The notes under the pieces: generated by a model
What the model was told of the DNA's origin: nothing
The model's database searches: none
Seen by the model: only the letters and a program-made list of their open reading frames with translations
Assembly (NCBI GenBank): GCA_964016885.1
Contig: OZ024740.1
Location: 163,122,001 to 163,186,000, forward strand
DNA from: Eledone cirrhosa
Lineage: Eukaryota
DNA length: 64,000 bases
Reading direction: 5' to 3'
Made by a program: the position numbers and the translations under genes
Shown here: positions 58,744 to 64,000 of the stretch, piece after piece
How the letters are laid out: every line of letters starts with the position of its first letter
Numbering within the stretch: the stretch's first letter is position 1

Positions 58744-59391
58744 TTTGTCTTAGAATTATAAATCTGTTATGTAATAAATAAAAGCTTCCTGTTCATAAAA
58801 TACATAATGTTTTTATTTAGGAACAAGGTAAATTTTAGAATGGAAAAGATATAGTTTAATAATGGGAGCATTTATAAATGCATATACATGTATGGATATT
58901 TTTCTTTATAGATTCTATATGTGTGTCTGTTATAAAACCCACAAGTATTACCTTTACACAAATACGCATTGTTCACATTTTTGGACACACAATAGAGAAG
59001 GAAACATAAGTACTGAACAGGCATATATTCATACGCTAACACATACCCTATAACATGCACAAGATACATATTAAATATACACGCATACTGTCACACACTC
59101 TAAAAACTATTCAAAAATCCTACTTTATTCCTTCTCTATTCCTCTAGGCTAAGCTAGGATACCAGCCAAGGAAGACTAATGAAATTATGTCTGATTAGTT
59201 AGGCTGTGGAAGTAGAAAAATAGAGATACAGACAAAAGCTGAACCTTTCTTTATACAAAAATTACATTCAGACAGACCAGTTATATAACTAGTTTACCTC
59301 TAACTACAAGTGATTTACTAAGCAATACATTATGATACCACAATACAAAATAATGATGATAATAATCACTATATAAATATATATCATCATC

Positions 59392-59723
59392 ATAAAGTCT
59401 CTTGCTCAAGGAAACAACACATCACCTGGCCTTCAATTCTCAGATCGGGTGATGTGTTATTTCCTTGAGCAAGACACTTTATTTCACATTGCTCCAGTTT
59501 ACTCAGCTGTAGAAATGAGATGATAGGACTAGGGTCCCTATCATTCCACTGCAAAAAAGCACTCAGCCCACACTGTAAAGTGGACGTGTAAGTGCCATGG
59601 AAAAAAAGCACCCAGTACTCACTGTAAATTAGGTTGGTGTTAGGAAGGGCATCCAGCTGTAAAAATCAAACTAGAATCAGTTCCCGTCCCACCCTTGCAA
59701 GCAGGGAAAAGCGGACGTAAAAT
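59392..59723 (+). mobile_element. SINE family B copy with inverted 5' piece
   Basis: Body matches 17915-18180; 59392-59426 is the reverse complement of ~59448-59482. Confidence 0.8.
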
Positions 59724-59799
59724 CGTCGTCGTCGTTGTCATTGTCATCGTCATCATCATCATCATTTAATGCCTGCTTTCCCTGCTAGCAAGAGTATAT

Positions 59800-60290
59800 A
59801 TATAATCCGATAAGTTTACAAGGAAACTGGGCAAGTTTGAAAATTTATTGTTTGTTTTAATTATAAAAAGCTGCCACAATTAATATTATGACTACAAAAT
59901 AGTTGAATAAACTAGATACATTATCCTTGGAGTTAAAAAGTAAGTGGACAGAGACACCTACATCTCTGTCTAGGTAAAGTAAGAAAAACTATATATAATT
60001 TCATAAAATCAATTTGCCTACAATAAAAAATGAGTAAAAACATACCAAGAACACTTTTGATGAGACCATGGTGGTCTGGAAACATTGACAAAATTATGTT
60101 CACAAATGTTTTTCATTGCTTCTGTGGCAGAACTGTTCTTTTGAAACTTATACAGTAAGCAACGGTGAATATGTTGTTTCATTAAGTTCTTATCCTCCAT
60201 GGGGTTAATTACCGAAATAACTATGAATGGCACACTGCCGGATAGAAGAGATGATATACTGAACTATTTTAAACAGTTTCCACCCATTTG
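59800..60290 (-). mobile_element. Internally deleted mariner remnant (boundaries approximate)
   Basis: MEDKNLMKQHIHRCLLYKFQKNSSATEAMKNICE resembles the mariner transposase N-terminal HTH. Confidence 0.6.
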
Positions 60291-60352
60291 ACCTTGGCTC
60301 TGACATGATTGGTTGGTTCATATTTCATAGTGGTGAAAAAAATGCAATTATA

Positions 60353-60400
<48 letters not shown>

Positions 60401-60494
60401 TATATGACTGAACACATGTGCTTTTCCTTTAATGTTTTTTTTTTGGGGTCTTTCTTTTTCTCACTATCTATTTCTTCATTTATTTCTCATTCTA

Positions 60495-60530
60495 TCTTCT
60501 GATGAAGGACTATTGCCTGAAACGTTAAGA
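60495..60530 (+). ncRNA. Minimal type I hammerhead motif (Penelope pLTR type)
   Basis: TCTT-CTGATGA-AGG(actattg)CCT-GAAACGTT-AAGA: 4-bp stem I, 3-bp stem II, palindromic ACGT stem III; AATAAA ~30 bp downstream. Confidence 0.7.
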
Positions 60531-61271
60531 CTTTTTAAATTCTATATCGAGCATTAAATAAAATATTTCTTCATTGTACTATACTGTTTGCTTTGGTGTT
60601 TCTGTTTAATTTTAGCATGCATGTGCGCACACACACACACACACACATATGTATGCAAACTGACATATACTTTCCTTGGCACTTGGAGTTCCCCCAAAGC
60701 AAGCTAATGTTATTGCTGCTGCGTTTGTTAGCCAAAATGGAAAGTGCATCACCAGCCATAATTATTCCAGTGAAATTCCTTTTGAAAAACTATCCTTTTT
60801 GGGAACATGTACACACACATGCTCCATACACATGCACATACACATGTATCCAGAAGTAATTGCTAATTTGTGAATGGTGAGGAAAATAAACTGCCTAATT
60901 TTATTTTATTTTTTACTGTAATAGACTATCACTTCAGCCAATCTAATGATTACTATGCATTGAGTAGAAGACTTTTTTCTTTGAACTAGATAGATAATAA
61001 AATATATATTTTAGCACATAACCTTCCATTGTTAAATGTTCATAAATTATGAGTAGCTTAGAAATCTGTTACCTCTGACATATATTAGTGGTGACTAGAC
61101 TTCCAGGAGTAACTATTTATGTGTTTCCCAGGAGATATTAATTTACTCATGTAAATTTAATTGCAATAACCGTCCATATAAAAGACTCCTCTATCATTAC
61201 TAACAGAGTAAATATTACCATCATTACAAAAAACGAATCGTATTTCACTAATGCACAAATTCATATATATA

Positions 61272-61452
61272 TAATTGTTTCTACGTTTGGCACAAGGCCA
61301 GCAATTACCCAGTGCATTACTGGTACTTTATTTTATCGACCTCGTAAGGATGAAAGAAAAATTAATCTGGGCGGGATTTGAACTCAGAATGGCAAGGGCC
61401 GTAACTCTATGCATCAAAGCATGGCGTCCGACCCTCTACCGATACTGCCAAT
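61272..61452 (-). mobile_element. SINE family A copy
   Basis: Reverse-complement family match. Confidence 0.87.
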
Positions 61453-61621
61453 ATAATGTATGACTGCTAGAGGTCCAAGCCCCACACATCATCATCATCA
61501 TCAGATGTTGTGTGTGTGTGTTTTGGTCCTCTGGCAATTACAATGATGTGTGTTCTTGCTTGATCAATGGAGCAGCCTTCTTGTGAAATGAACATGCAAG
61601 TAGCTGATATATTCACATATA

Positions 61622-61808
61622 TAATTGTTTCTACTTTTGGCACAGGGCCAGCAATTATCCCAGTGTATTACTGGTACTTTATTTTATTGACCTCGTAAGG
61701 ATGAAAGGCAAAGTTAACCTCGGCGGGATTTGAACTCAGACCATAAAGGCCGTAACTCTTTGCTGCAAAACATGGCATCCGACCCTCTACTGATACTGCC
61801 AATCCACT
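61622..61808 (-). mobile_element. SINE family A copy with TSD
   Basis: Family match; atattcacatatataat on both sides. Confidence 0.88.
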
Positions 61809-61840
61809 TATATATTCACATATATAATGCCTTCATATAT

Positions 61841-62218
61841 ATAATAATGAAGTAGAAGGCAATAAGATGATATTTCACCACATTATATTTATTACGTAAT
61901 AGCTATTATATGTATTTCCTTGGTATCTGTTACACAATTGTAAACCTTTAGATACAATTTCATCAGCTCTCACCTGTATAAAATTTAGTGATGTAATTTG
62001 ATGATATATTGGCCAAAAGGTGTTGATTCTCCACTACTCAGTTGATATATCACCAATTTATATCACTAAAATATATACAGTTGAGAGCTCTGTGACAAAA
62101 TTATATCTGAAGGTTTATAATTACATAACAGATACCATGGAAATATGTATTACAGTTATTACATAATAAATAAATTGTGATGAAGTATAACCTTATTGCC
62201 TCCTAGTTCATTATTATA
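61841..62218. repeat. Old long inverted repeat (~170-bp imperfect arms), MITE or fold-back
   Basis: ataataatgaagtagaaggcaataag...tggtatctgtta vs taacagatacca...cttattgcctcctagttcattattat. Confidence 0.75.
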
Positions 62219-64000
62219 CCAATGCTCCATCATACACACCTGCATGAACCCATATCACACTAGGAAATGTATACTGACACCAGTGTTTATTGATCGATGT
62301 TTGCCCTACAAAACTAGTAACTGATTAATTAGCACAAGGTAACCACAACTACATACACACACACACACATATACATATATATATATATATAATCTAATGT
62401 CTGCTTTTTCAACTAGAAAGGATTGGATAGGTCTTCACAGACCAAGTCAATACTGAAGTGGGTTTGCTGACCTCCCAAAGAGGCTAGGTATCTGCATATC
62501 ACTTACATAAGGCCCCAAGTTCTACTAAGTGCATTTTATCATGGCACCAGTACTATGGAAGTTGTCACATCATTGCCATGGTTTCTACAATTGGATGCCC
62601 TTCCTAACACCAAACACTTCACAGCACACACCAAGTTCATTTTCTCATGGCACCACCACATATATATAGAATGAATCTCCACTGGTTTCAACAATGAATC
62701 CTCCAGTTGTTTAATCAATGGAACAGCTTGTTCATGAAATTAATGTACAAATTGTTGAGCATTCCACAGATGTGTACCATTAATGTAATTCTCAGGGAGA
62801 TTTAGCATAACACAATATATGACAAGACTGGCCTTTTGAATTACAGGTACAGTCCACTCAACAGGCTTCTAAACAATTTCCATTGCCCAATTTCACTCAC
62901 AAGGAATAGGTAAACTTGAGGCTATAGTGAATGAGTCTTGCCCAAGATGTCACACAGTAAGTCAAACTATAAAGTAGGAAAGAAACTTGTATTTGTCTTT
63001 CATGTAAAGTACATCAAACAAGGTTGTGTACTCAGTTCACATGCAATACACATTGGTAAAATTGAATACTGTGGCCATTAGTCCAATATTTTAACTGTCC
63101 ATCCATTGAGCCTTCACATTTAAATGAACCCTCTAGCTACCATTATCAACTCCCCAACCTCCATTTCTCCTTGATTAAATACGTATAGAAAACGTTTTGT
63201 ACTTGATTAAAATTATATCAAAATATCATTTACTATATGTCGTGAGGTATGAGAAACCTGCTGGGAAATCTCTGTACATTTTTCTTCTTATATCAGTCGA
63301 TACCCTGAACATAAAGTTGTTAGAGCTAATCTGGTTCAGCTTAAGTATTATTTGACCTGTATATACTATAGATTCCAACTACTTCCTACTAACATACATT
63401 TCCACTATCCTCAATTTGAACGTAGTGTTATTACAACATGGTTATCACATATGCCTGCAACAGCCAATAACTCTAATATGTAAATGCTAGAAGTCAAGCA
63501 CAGCCTTGCCTGGGTTTAATAATACCTAGAATAATAATCATATGAATTTATAATATTTTAGACAAATTACTTTAAAAATAAGCTGGAAAATTTCAGTTGG
63601 TCCAGAAATGTTGATTTAATCATATTTATTACATCTAAGCCATGGTTCAATTTGAGCTTCATAAAAAATGTGCAAGAACAATATAAACAAATATAGAAGC
63701 TAAAGCAAACTTTTATTTTTACATTTTTTTTACCCATTTATTCCCATATTTCCAATGAAAGACACTTTCTTGGAATTTAGTAAAATTACTAACTGTTTGA
63801 AGATGAAGTTAATGTTTGGAACATTATTTAACAAAAAATTCTTAAATAGAATTTTTATGGAATATTTTAAAGTGGGCAATTTTGTATTAAAAACCATGGA
63901 GTTGGTATCGAAAGGATTAAATCTTGTACTAATTTGCATAATTACTCTAAATGAATTATTTTTCTAACCAGTAACATACTCCAGTGTTTATTGCAGTGAT

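Overview
AT-rich eukaryotic (metazoan) genomic DNA made up almost entirely of repeats. The SINE/RTE repertoire and giant (TA)n arrays suggest an octopod cephalopod, which is an inference only. No host protein-coding gene can be supported. Contents: a near-intact RTE-clade LINE (APE + RT + an internal PHD-type zinc finger) with several truncated copies; about 8 kb of (TA)n/(TACA) microsatellite studded with insertions; two tRNA-type SINE families; mariner, hAT and TTAA-type DNA-transposon remnants; two Helitrons; a non-autonomous LTR element; and two promoter-like islands. The most interesting signal is a set of short fold-back (palindromic) elements sitting in or beside (TA)n that carry hammerhead-ribozyme (HHR) cores of the Penelope-like pseudo-LTR type. 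Two have an unusually long stem II (about 65 and 115 nt). The fold-back point often falls on or next to the ribozyme, and in one case the inverted copy runs out of the element into the flanking target DNA. All folds and alignments were done by eye and need computational or experimental confirmation.
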